DNA from: Crassostrea angulata
Lineage: Eukaryota
Direction of reading: 5' to 3'
Length of the DNA stretch: 64,000 bases
Assembly (NCBI RefSeq): GCF_025612915.1
Contig: NC_069115.1
Location: 25,791,757 to 25,855,756, forward strand
Part shown: positions 38,128 through 49,160 of the stretch, piece by piece
How the letters are laid out: each line of letters opens with the position of its first letter
Position numbering within the stretch: the first letter of the stretch is position 1
The notes under the pieces: generated by a model
What the model was told of the DNA's origin: nothing
The model's database searches: none
The model's input: the letters and a program-made list of their open reading frames with translations, nothing else
Position numbers and translations under genes: made by a program

Positions 38128-39901
38128 CCCTCTTTAAAAGGGAGATAATTGAGAATTATTGAAAATTTGTTGGTACTTTTCAAAAATCTTCTTTTAAAAA
38201 ACTATTCGGCCTGAAAAGCTTAAACTTGTGTGGAGGCATCCTCAGGTAGTGTACATTCAAGTTTGTTCAAATCATGGTCCCAGGGGGTAGGGAAGGGCTA
38301 CAAGAGGGGGATCAAGTTTTACATAGGAATATATAGACAAAATCTTTAAAAATCTTCTTTTCAAAAACTATTTGGCCAGAAAAGCTCAAAGTAAAGTGGA
38401 AGCATCCTCAGATAGTGAAGATTCAAGTTTGTTCAAATCATGGTCCCCAGGGGTAGGGTGGGGCCACAATTAGGGGATCAAGTTTTACATAGGAATATAT
38501 AGAGAAAATCTTTAAAAATCTTCTTCTCAAAAATTATTAGGCCAGAAAAGCTCAAATTAAAGTGGAAGCATCCTCAGGTAGTGTAGATTCAAGTTTGTTC
38601 AAATCATGGTCCCCGGGGATATGGTGGGGCCACAATGGGGGAATGGATTTTTACATAGGAATATATAGAGAAAATCTTCTTCTCAAAAACTATTCAAATT
38701 AAAATGAAAGCATCTTCAGGTAGTGTAGATTCAAGTTTGTTCAGATCATTGTGCCTGGGGGTAGGGTGGGGCCACAATAGGGGGGATCAATTAAGTTTTA
38801 CATAGGAATATATAGAGGAAATCTTTAAAAATCTTCTTCTCAAAAACTTTTAGGTCAGCAAAGCTCAAATTTGAGTGGAAGCATGGATTTTTACATAGGA
38901 ATATATAGAGAAAATCTTCTTCTCAAAAACTATTCAAATTAAAATGAAAGCATCTTCAGATAGTATAGATTCAAGTTTGTTCAAATCATTGTCCCTAGGG
39001 GTAGGGTGGGGCCACAATTAGGGGATAAAGTTTTATACAACAATATATAGAGAAAATCTTTAAAAATAATTCTTTTAAAAATTATTTGCCCAAGAAAGCT
39101 CAAATTGGCGTGTAACCATCCTCAGATAATGTAGTTTCAAGTCTGTTCAAATCATGGTCCCTGGGGGTAGGGCGGGGCCACAATGGGGGATAAATTTTTA
39201 TAAATATAGAAAATCTTTAAAAATCTTCTCAAAACTATTAGGCCAGGAAAGCCCAAATTTGAGTGGAAGCATCCCCAGATCGTATAGATTCAAGTTTGTT
39301 TAAATAATAGTCCAGGGGTATGGTGAGACCACAATGGGGGATGAATTTTTACATAGGAATATATAGAGAAAATCTTTAAAAATCTTCTTTTTAAAGACTA
39401 TTTGGCCAGAAAAGCTCAACTTGTGTAGAGGCATCCTCGGGTAGTGTAAATTCAAGTTTGTAAAATCACAGTCCCTAGTGATAGGGCGGGGCCGTGATGG
39501 CGGTTTGAATTTTTACATAGGAATATATAGAAAAAATCTTTAAAAATATTCTGTGAAAGTTTTCGGTCCAAAACTCAGTATTTAGTGTGAAAGCACAGGT
39601 TATGCAAATTTAAGTTTAATGAAACCATTATTCCCTAGAGAAAAGTGGGACCACGAAATGGAGGTGGGGGGGGGGGGTATATAGGAATAGAGAAAAATCT
39701 TCTTACAGGTACAACAACAAAAGGGGCTTGGTATTTACCCAAAAAAAAAAGAGGTTGATAAAAATTGGCAGATTTTCATTTTTTTTTTTAGCAAGATCTT
39801 AGTACTTAGTTGTCAAGATATTTTGATTCTGTAATGCTAATTTGATTAGAATTAAGGCAATTGTTGCTCAGGTGAGCGATGTGGCCCCTGGGCCTCTTGT
39901 T
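37935..39901 (+). mobile_element. Family A composite element: head, about 10 monomers, tail
   Basis: Same head (37935) and tail (39860-39901) as the 12875 copy. The terminal monomer variants are shared with the copies at 12875 and 56215. Confidence 0.7.
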
Positions 39902-40142
39902 GTTTCTCATTTGATGAATTAGACTTAACATCTTTGATTCCCCAATCTTGGTTAAAAAGCAGTTCATAGTTAAATAAACTTGTACCAAAAATAATTTGAA
40001 AAATTGTTAATTCATACTTCATCTTATTTGGATTCTTTTTTTAGTTTAGTTGTTCTAAAAGTCATTAAGATTTTTATTAATCCATACTTAGAATAATTTA
40101 TGTTTTGTTCAGTCGTATCATGAATCATTCGTTTTTTTAGCT

Positions 40143-40239
40143 CACCTTAGCTGAAAGCTCCAGTGAGCTTCTCTGATCACTTTTTGTCTGGGGTCCATCG
40201 TTCTGTCTGTCTGTCCATCTGTCTGTATACTTTTTAGCC

Positions 40240-40277
<38 letters not shown>

Positions 40278-41060
40278 TTTTTGTCCTGTGTCCATCTGTC
40301 TGTCCGTCCGTCCATCTGTCTGTCTGGCTGTAAACTTTTTACATTTTCAACTTCTTCTCCAGAACCAATTGACCAATTTCAATTAAACTTGACACAAAGC
40401 ATCATTTGGTAAAGGGGATTCAAGTTTGTTAAAATGAAGGCCTTTCAAGGGGACATAATAAGGATTTATTAAAAATTTGTTGATATTTTTCATAAATCTT
40501 CTTCTCATAAACCATTTGGCAAGAAAAGCTGAAACTTGTTTTGAAGCATCATCAGATAGTGTAGATTCAAGTTTGTTCAAATCATGATCCCCGTGGGTAA
40601 GGTGGGGCCACAATGGGGGTCAAGGTTTTACATAGAATACACTGAGTAAATCTTTAAAAATCTTCTCCTCAGAAACCAATCAGCATGGAAAGCTGAAACT
40701 TGTAAGGAAGCATTCTGAGTTAGTGTAGATTTGAAGTTGTGAAAATCATGTCCCCTGGGGATAGGATGGGGCGAAAATGGGGAATCAAACTTAAACTTAG
40801 GAATATATATATTGTAAATCTTTTAAAATCTTCTTCTCAAACACCATTTGGCCAGAAAAACTAATTTATAAAAACTTGTGTGGAAGCATCCTCAATAAGT
40901 ACAAATTTAAGTTTTCTAAAAACCACTAAAGCTTCCCTAGAAAAGCTGTAACTTTACTGACAGCAACCTCAGATAGATTCAACTTTTTTCATATCAAAAT
41001 CTTGAGGAGTAGGGTGGGGCCACATTGAGTATCCAATTTTACAAAGAAAAATATTTTAAT
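40143..41060 (+). mobile_element. Family A element with a duplicated head (40143 and 40243), GTCY-rich tracts and about 4 monomers. No tail.
   Basis: Two tandem heads, ttagctcaccttagctgaaagctccagtgagc and tagcccacctgagctgaaagctcaagtgagc. Confidence 0.6.
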
Positions 41061-41149
41061 TCATAAAAACTAAAATGTTATCATATATGGTTTTATTTAT
41101 ATGCACGCATTTTAACATATTGCTGATTCTTTCAAATTGTTTAGATTTT

Positions 41150-42003
41150 GGCCCCTGGAGAATTAATGGCCCACACAAGGGGTTCAGAGTTTGATATAGG
41201 TTTATACTAGTATCCCATATATAAACATATGTTTTGGATCTTGTTGAGAACTGTAATGCTCAACATGTGATATGACTATATGTAACCCAGGCAGTAGACA
41301 GAACACCAGTGAGGGTCATACAATGTATTTATTCAATATATACAAAAAACCTGAAACATACAACATTGACTCATTTGACAATTATCTCAGAATACGGTAC
41401 AATAACTTGGATAAAGATTATTTAATATATAGCATGGAATTGTTAAATTATAAACATAGAATATATTTATAAGTAATAAATTACACAAGAATTACCAGAC
41501 ACCGGCAGCTAATCGCAGACAAAGCTTGCGCTTAATCTTCATACATACAGGTCTGTCCCCTCTCAAGGCAAGACAAAGTGTGCGCGGGCCTGGTTAGTTA
41601 GGCGGGAAGATTGGTTAGTAGAAGTTAAATTTAGAATGTTGTCAGACAGGTCAAACGGGTAGTCGAATGGTCAAATAAAAATAAACAATTACATGTGGAC
41701 AATCTCACCTGGAGATGTAAATAAAACACACACACATGCACACAGAAACAATTACGTTTACAAATAGACAAACATTATATATTAATTACTTACACTGGTT
41801 ACATATAGAATCATCCTGTTAGAAAAGGGACTTGATTATAAACATAAGAATCTCAGGGTGAAAAAAATTTGGACTTTTATTTATACAAGAGCTCCATGTA
41901 TTATTATACATTGTCCAGATAGTTTGTATTATGACTCCTTTAAACTGATTTTATCATACATATTGCTGCTCAGGTGAGCGATGTGGTCCATGGGCCTCTT
42001 GTT
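41150..42003 (+). mobile_element. Family B element interrupted by a nested TIR MITE at 41281-41803
   Basis: 5' part at 41150-41280, 3' part at 41806-42003 ending ctcaggtgagcgatgtggtccatgggcctcttgtt. Confidence 0.6.
41281..41803. mobile_element. MITE of about 520 bp with TIRs TGTAACCCAGG and CACTGGTTACA, flanked by a TA or TATA target-site duplication
   Basis: Flanks are gacta-TA|tgtaacc and ggttaca|TA-tagaatc. Uninterrupted copies of the host element read gactaaaaaatc or gattataaaatc. Confidence 0.55.
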
Positions 42004-42402
42004 TTTCTTTTTGTAAGAGTAATCTTAATTGTGAATGTACATGAAGCCCTCTACCTAAATTGTGAAATTGATTGCCCCTGGGTCAAGGGTTTATGCATGT
42101 TAATAAATCCTTTTCAGCATTTCAAAAACACAAAACTTACATCACGTGAAACAAATCAAAACTAAGAGTTGGGTAAAACTAGTAACTGTAGGTTCTGTGT
42201 GCTGGGCCCCAATTTATGTTGGAAGGTGACATTTATTTAAATTCACACATAAAAAAATGAATTTTGAACAGAACAAACTAAACCCCATTTTTGGCAGGGC
42301 ACAAATAATTATTGAAAAATTTTACAAAAAATTTCAGGAAACTAATAACATTGATAAAAATGTTGTGTTTTCACATTTTTTCTTTGATGCTCTTATTCTC
42401 AG

Positions 42403-42507
42403 ATTTTAAGCAGCATGGACATTCAGAGTATAGAACCAGTGGATGCCAAGATGAGAGACAGCCTCAGTAAATCTGTGCAACTGGCAATAGAGATATCCAC
42501 TAAGTAT
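42403..42507 (+). CDS. MVP: MVP exon. Encodes [34 protein letters not shown], corresponding to human [38 protein letters not shown]. The 3' boundary is uncertain.
   Basis: Acceptor ttctcag. Three candidate donors exist: GTATGT at 42504 (phase 2), GTCAAA at 42508 (phase 0) and GTAAAT at 42526 (phase 0). A phase-0 donor is needed for the next exon. Confidence 0.7.
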
Positions 42508-43499
42508 GTCAAAATCAAACGATCAGTAAATTCTAACTATTTCTGACTATACAAATTGCATTTATTTCATATAACAGTGGATATGATACATAAAGCAAGC
42601 TTCAGATTCTGAGCCTGATCTTGATTATCAAAGTTGTAAAGAAAATAGAACATCTTTATATGATACCAATAGAATAATAAAACTGTTTATTGTATTACTA
42701 AAATAACAAGACATTACATTTTTCTTCACATTCATCATATTATGATACACATGTATATATAGTCCACTTTGATTTGGATAAATATAATAATAATGGTCTC
42801 AAATAGTTCTCACAATGTGGGGTGGGCTCTGTAATCTTTTATTACCTGGTTGTTTTAGAAAACTGTGTAACTCTTTTTTTTTTAATTCTTCTTTTACTTC
42901 ATCTATGGGAGTCACTTCTCTGTGCATATATAGCAGACCATATTAAATTGATTTCCCATTTCACAATCATTTCCTAGCATACTGTAGGAATTGAATTGAT
43001 GCAAAATGTAGGGTCATCAGAAAATTGCTGCATAGAATTCTGTCACATAATCTAATTGTTTTTTTAAATTCAAGGAAAACTCTTTTCAAATGTAGTTAGA
43101 GGGTAAGATGAACATAAACTGTAAGTTTCATTGCTCTTGCTACATTGGGACCCTTTAGGCTGGACCAAAATAGCCAAAATTTGACAATTTAAAAGAAAAA
43201 ATAATTTATTCTTCTTCTACACTTCCGAAAATTATGAATCATTGTAATGTAGACAAATTAGGTGTAAAAGAGGTATAGCGCCTATTCCCATTATTTCGCC
43301 TACACCTGTGTTTTGACGCTAAGTATCTGTTACTAAAAATAACTTTAGGTACCAAGCTCTCCCAAAAGTATTTTCTAAACGTAAATACCGATTTTATAAT
43401 GGTGTATGTAACAACTGATTTGTCATAAATTCATGATGTCAGTTGATTCTCTGAACTGTGATAAGTTCAAGCAAAATGCAATGGATCTTATTAAGAAAT

Positions 43500-43590
43500 T
43501 AAGTACAAGTTTTTGTGAATGTTGCAGAATAACCTTTGAGGTCGAGAAATATTGTTTTGAAATATAAAAACCGAGGCGTTAGCATACCTG
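43500..43590 (+). repeat. Solo copy of the 3' end segment of the 470 bp unit, located on the opposite side of the SWIM/YqaJ ORF
   Basis: gtgaatgttgcagaataacctttgaggtcgagaaatattgttttgaaatataaaaaccgaggcgtt matches the unit ends at 47195-47265 and 47670-47730. Confidence 0.7.
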
Positions 43591-43699
43591 TTAACCATTC
43601 AAAGCTGCTATGTGGGAGAATCTCCCCCTTACCAACTTGGCTAAGGGGGAGATTTTGTGTAAACGACATTTTTTCATGTGAAATGCAAATATATATTAA

Positions 43700-44480
43700 A
43701 AATACTGTTAGATACCTTATTTTAGGTTTTTAGAGCTGGTTAAAGTTTTTGAAACAGGTGCCCTTTGATGATTATATCTTAGTTACTACTTGTCCTAACT
43801 TCACCGGACTTCTATGGATGGTGCGTCTAATGATACTTGTGCACCAGACAGGCTTGAATGCTGAATCTGAGCATAGGTTTTGGATGCTGGAGGAGGTTAA
43901 GGTTTTTAGAGCTGGTTAAAGTTTTTGAAACAGGTGCCCTCTGATGATTATATCTTAGTTCTTCCATAAAACATGTGACCTGTTCCAAAAAAAACTAAAC
44001 CTCATCCAGCATCCGAAACCTATGGCTCAGATTCAGCATTCAAGCCTGTCAGGTGCATCAGTATACATAAGATGCATCTCCATGCAAGTTTGGTGAAGTT
44101 CAGACCAGTAATAACTAAGATATCATCATCAGAGGGCACTAGCAATTAAAACCTTAACCTGCTCCAGCATCAGATTCAACATCCATGCCTGTCAAGTGCA
44201 TTTGTATCATAAGACACACCATCCTTTCAAGTTAGGTGAAGTTAGGACCTGTAATAACTAAGATATATTTTTTAGCATCCTTGATAATGGAGATCAAGCT
44301 CTGCATCTGAAGCTTCCTCTGTGATTCATTCATATTACAGTTTAATTAACTATGCAAGTTTGAAATAGTACGGTGCGTCTTATGATACTGATGCACCTGC
44401 CAGGCTTGAATGCTGAGTCTGAGCCATAGGTTTCAGATGCTGGATATGGTGAAGTTTTTGGAACAGGTCACATGTTTAAT
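43700..44480. repeat. Family F units arranged + + then - - then +, forming an inverted-repeat block
   Basis: 43720-43960 is in the + orientation. 43960-44300 is the reverse complement. 44370-44480 is + again. Confidence 0.7.
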
Positions 44481-45155
44481 AGATAATAAATAAATCACAG
44501 TAATTCGCAAATCCTTATATCCTTTATGATATGCGTTTAAAGGTGTTCCGCATACTAAGTCAGGTAGTTCTAGTTACCTCTGCAAAGAAACTCAGTGACT
44601 ACTTGATTGTTTGTGCTGCATTGGTAAATCTGCGATCTGATCTTATTAAAGATGATGATGATGAGTGACAGATGATATTTGAAAGTTTCAGTAATGTAAC
44701 AGTAAATGATGCATGATAATATTTGAAGGTTTCACTGATGTAAATGACACAAAGTTGAAACATGAATAATAGATTTGTATTAGGTTTTATATACCAGTCT
44801 AATTAAGGTCCAGTTCATGATTCCTTGAGTATATCTGCTCATAATATGACAAATAATAAATAATGTATTTTAGGCAAAGTCAATGCCATATATTGAATTA
44901 AGACTATTGTTATAAGTCTTTATTAATATGATGTGAATTAAATTCTTCATCAAAAATATTTTTTTAAAAATGTAATTGGGTTTAATTGAATATAAGAGGA
45001 TGTTGTGATAATGAACTTATTTTGAATACTCTTCATGTTCAGGAATAAATAATTAACACAGATTGAAAAATAGTTGACTGTATAATTTCAGCATTAAGTC
45101 TGAGACATCAAAAACTTCATTTAACTACATGTACATGTGTATACTCGTGTATGCA

Positions 45156-46613
45156 TCAGTTAGAAAATTTAACATATTTTTTACTAATTTTAAATCTGCC
45201 ACATTCAAAGTCATCAACTACTCTTGGTAAAAGTTTGTTGAAGTAAAAACAACATAGTCTTGAAATAGCTGCTTCACAAAACTGTTGGTCATATTGTACA
45301 TCAATGACCTTGTATTCATTAGTTGTCCAAATAACAAGTTTGCACAGCTGCATATGTGTTACATGCAAAGTTAACTGCATTTGAAGGTAATAGCCCCTTG
45401 AACTGTTATGCTTAAAATATAATGTACCATTTTGCAAGGATTTCACAACATCATATTTACCAATTGTAAATAAGCTGTCAAGTGTTTGATCATTCTTAAG
45501 TATTGGACATTTAATTTCCAAAAGACATTTTGAACCATCAGCATTGGTTACTATTCCATCTGGGGAAACACTTAGCCAGGGCTCTTCACCTTCTTGTCCA
45601 TGTCTAGTAAATTTGTTTGATGTGAAGGAAGGGTACATATGTTCTCTTAAGAAGTTATCACTATTTGTAGTGTCACGAACGGGAACCTTGTGGTGCTCAG
45701 TACTGCCAGTTATTCTTATTTTTCTACTGTTGTGCCACAATTCAGATTCACTTTGTGAAATTGTTGCCATCGATAACGATTGAATTTGGGCATCATTAAG
45801 TTTAATGTACATGTACCTGTTATAAAACGCACAACACTTTTCACAAGATAGTTCACCTGTATGCTCAGTACGAGGCTCGGATGAAGATTCGAAAAGAGAT
45901 TTGTTTATATTTGCGTGCATAGATTTACTTAAAAGTGAATTTTCTAAAAGAAATAATTCTTTAAGTTCTGAGTTTTCCACAAAATATTTAAAAGATTGAT
46001 ATGATACAAACATTGGGAAGATAGATTTTGTATTTTGTGGTTTTTCAGTATTGTTGTTAACCTCACTGCCATATTTAGGTTTTTTAAAGTCCATCTCTTC
46101 AAGAACACCTGGTTCAAGGTTTCTTGTCGCACCCTTATTCCACTGCATCTGCTCATCTGTACAAGATTTTCCCGTAAAACCTAACCTTACAGCATGCTCA
46201 ATTTTCCACAAAAGTGCGCCTACATGACTGCACGTTTTACTGTTCCCAGCCATACATGAACATCCCCCGTTTAGAATTGTGCCGATCATATCACAGAATA
46301 CCCATGCATTGTGAAACTCTGAATTTATTTTTTGTGACGGGCGCACTTCAGATTTCAGAATAACTGTATTGTGAATAACAAAATGAAGAATTTTCCCGAC
46401 AGAACCGCTTTTAAAATAATTGTAACTGTCCAATGATTTGTAATTTTTCATTTTTTCGCCGTCACATGCTCTACTTAAAATCAAATAATTGTAGATATCG
46501 CCATATTCTACTTGTGGCCACTCACGAATGTCATCCTTCCATTCACCGGTTTTGACGTCTTTTTGGGAAGAAATCATTCGATCAGTATCTTTTTTGCATT
46601 GACTCTTATCCAT
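45156..46613 (-). CDS. Intronless 485-aa ORF encoding a SWIM-type zinc finger plus a YqaJ/lambda-exonuclease-like PD-(D/E)xK nuclease
   Basis: SWIM signature CSCMAGNSKTCSHVGALLW (CxCxnCxH). YqaJ-type motifs ITGSTEHH, WLSVSPDGIV and KCLLEIKCP (motif ExK). ATG at 46611-46613 and stop at 45156. No internal stop codons over 1458 nt in an AT-rich region. TTTATT on the + strand at about 44930 would be the minus-strand poly(A) signal. Confidence 0.7.
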   Translation of the reverse strand: MDKSQCKKDTDRMISSQKDVKTGEWKDDIREWPQVEYGDIYNYLILSRACDGEKMKNYKSLDSYNYFKSGSVGKILHFVIHNTVILKSEVRPSQKINSEFHNAWVFCDMIGTILNGGCSCMAGNSKTCSHVGALLWKIEHAVRLGFTGKSCTDEQMQWNKGATRNLEPGVLEEMDFKKPKYGSEVNNNTEKPQNTKSIFPMFVSYQSFKYFVENSELKELFLLENSLLSKSMHANINKSLFESSSEPRTEHTGELSCEKCCAFYNRYMYIKLNDAQIQSLSMATISQSESELWHNSRKIRITGSTEHHKVPVRDTTNSDNFLREHMYPSFTSNKFTRHGQEGEEPWLSVSPDGIVTNADGSKCLLEIKCPILKNDQTLDSLFTIGKYDVVKSLQNGTLYFKHNSSRGYYLQMQLTLHVTHMQLCKLVIWTTNEYKVIDVQYDQQFCEAAISRLCCFYFNKLLPRVVDDFECGRFKISKKYVKFSN

Positions 46614-46800
46614 GATTTACATAAACGAAAAATATAATACAGTTTCATATAACAAAACTTTGCTAGCAAGAATTTTATGTTACCGGGGAATGGTTGCTAC
46701 CGCGTTTGTTTATCCAGCGTCACGGTTACAATGGCGGCTGTTTTCCGCGACACCTATCGGGATGAAATTTTACTAAGGGAAATAACTGAAAAAAGTCGTC

Positions 46801-48310
46801 TATTGATCAAAGGAGTCACATGCAGATGACAGAAATTTTCTTTGGATTTTTAATACTCTTCACTTATTTATAAAATATCTTTGAATCATATTCCTAATAT
46901 TTTAAGGGCAATTTAATACGATTATTACTACTACACGTTACATATTTTATTTAAAAACACGCAGTGAAAAAGTGCTAGGGAGGAGGTCCTAGGAACAGCC
47001 GCATTGATCTTTTAACAATAAACATTTGAGGCAATACACATCGTTTTGACTGGAACTAGGACTTGAAAATGACAAAGTTTTAAAACTTTTTCAATTTGAA
47101 GTTGTACTTTCATGATCAGTGCAAGAAAGGTAGGTATTTCTGATCTGATAATTTACTGATGACATTTGTGGTATATTTAAGAAATAAGGTATGAGTTATC
47201 GTGAATGTTGCAGAATAAGCTCTGAGGTTGAGAATGTTGTTTTGAAATATAAAAGCCGAGGTGATGTGTATCGATCAAAGGAATCACGTGCAGACGACAG
47301 AATTTTTTCTTGGGATTTTAATACTCTTCACTTATTTTTAAAATACCTTTGAGTTATATTCCTAATATTTTAAGGGCAATTTACGATTATTACTACTACA
47401 CGTTATATATTTTATTTTAAAAACACGCAGTGAAAAAGTGCTAGGGAGGTCATAGAAACAGCCGCATTGATCTCTTAAAAATGAACATTTGAGGCAATAC
47501 ACTTCGTTTTGACTGGAACAAACACGTGAAATTGACATGGTTTTAAATCTTTTTATGGTTTGAAGTTGTACTTTCATGATCAATGCGAGACAAAAAGGTA
47601 TTTCTGATCTGATAATTTACTGATGACGTTCGTGGTATAATTAAGAAATAAAGTACGAGTTGTCTTGAATGTTGCAGAATAACCTCCGAGGTCGAGAAAT
47701 GTTGCTTTGAAATATAAAAGCCGAGGCGTTAGCCGAGGCTTTTATATTTCAAACAACATTTCGAGACCGAGGAGGTTATCCTGCAACATTCACGAAAACA
47801 AGAACTTTATTTCTATTCTACTAAAATGTAACAGCCCAGTATTTCTATACAGTTCGTTTCTCCTATAGAGAGACGATGTAGGTCATTTTGAAGGCTGTTC
47901 CGTGTAACCCCAACGGTTTTGTTAGTAATGTTTACATGTGTATCGATCAAAGGAATCGCATGCAGACGACAGAATTTATCTTTGGATTTTTAATTCTCTT
48001 CACTTAATTGTAAAATATCTGTGAGTTATATTCCTAATATTTTAAAGGCAATTTTATACGATTATTACTACTACACGTTATATATTTTATGTAAAAACAC
48101 GCAGTGATAATGTGCTGGGGAGGTCCTAGGAACAGCCGCATTGATCTCTTAAAATTATCATTAGAGGCAATACACATCGTTTTGACTGGAACTAACACGT
48201 GAAACTGACATGGTTTTAAAACATTTTAAAGTTTGAAGTTGTACTTTCATGATCAGTGCGAGACAAATAAGTATTTCTTATCTGATAATTTACTGATGAC
48301 GTTCGTGGTA
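46801..48310 (+). repeat. Tandem repeat of three ~470 bp units. The third unit is separated by a ~200 bp spacer that contains a palindrome.
   Basis: Units start at 46801, 47272 and 47941. Each begins tcgatcaaaggartcac and ends gtgaatgttgcagaataa...aaataaaagccgagg. Confidence 0.8.
47667..47795. repeat. Head-to-head palindrome formed by the 3' end motif of the 470 bp unit. Arms are 47667-47727 and 47735-47795.
   Basis: The reverse complement of the right arm matches the left arm at about 85% identity. The centre is gccgaggc gtta gccgaggc. Confidence 0.75.
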
Positions 48311-49074
48311 TATTGGAGAATAATGTCCGCGGCATCTCTTTGATCTTGGCAATAACTGTAGTAGAATAGAGAATAATGTCCGCGGCATCTCTTTGATCTC
48401 GGCAATACTGTAGTAGAAGTGTAAATAGAGTATATGTATAGTGTTATTGAAAAGATCTGTTTATACTATTCTTTTCATGTTTCAATTAAGTAAAAACATA
48501 TTTACTACTTGGCGGATTCAATCCAGCAACCGCAAAATCTAACAGACCACCTTTGGTATTTCATCACAGGACATATTATGTCCGTAAGCTTTAATTGAAT
48601 TTTACCTAATAAGTAGTTATTGTAAAATTAATTAAAAACCTACATTCATTTTGATAAACCAACCCGAATTAGCAAAAATGAGATTAAGGTGGTGGACATG
48701 CTTTGGCGGATCCAAGTCAGTGGTAGTTTGTATCAAAATATACTCTGCATTGAAATGATATAATTGCATTATTATGTAAGAGTGAATATATATACCGGTA
48801 ACTAAATTATAGTATGACAAAAATTAAGATTTGACAAATGTTGAATAAATAAAATGCACCAATTCGTTTTTGGAATGTGCGATTTTAGTTTTGATACAAA
48901 GAACTTTCCAGTACTGGGTAACTAAGAAGGCGGTTTGACTATATAATTGTCGCAATGGCAGAAAAAGTAAGACGAAGTTTGAGGTACTTCACTACACCGA
49001 GACTTATACTTTTTGAGACAATAAGTCACAAGATGGCGATTTAAATGTTTTGTTAAACTGTTTGTATCAATCTA

Positions 49075-49160
49075 TTCAGATGTATATCGTCATAGCTTAG
49101 TGGTTAAAGTATCTGGATTGTGAACCACAAGGTCATGAGTTCGAATCCTCCTGGGGCAAT
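49075..49160 (+). repeat. tRNA-derived SINE-like segment
   Basis: tcgtcaTAGCTTAGTGGTTAAAGTatctggattgtgaaccacaaggtcatgaGTTCGAATCCtcctgggg. An A box and a canonical B box are present. No canonical anticodon stem or T stem is evident. Confidence 0.35.
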
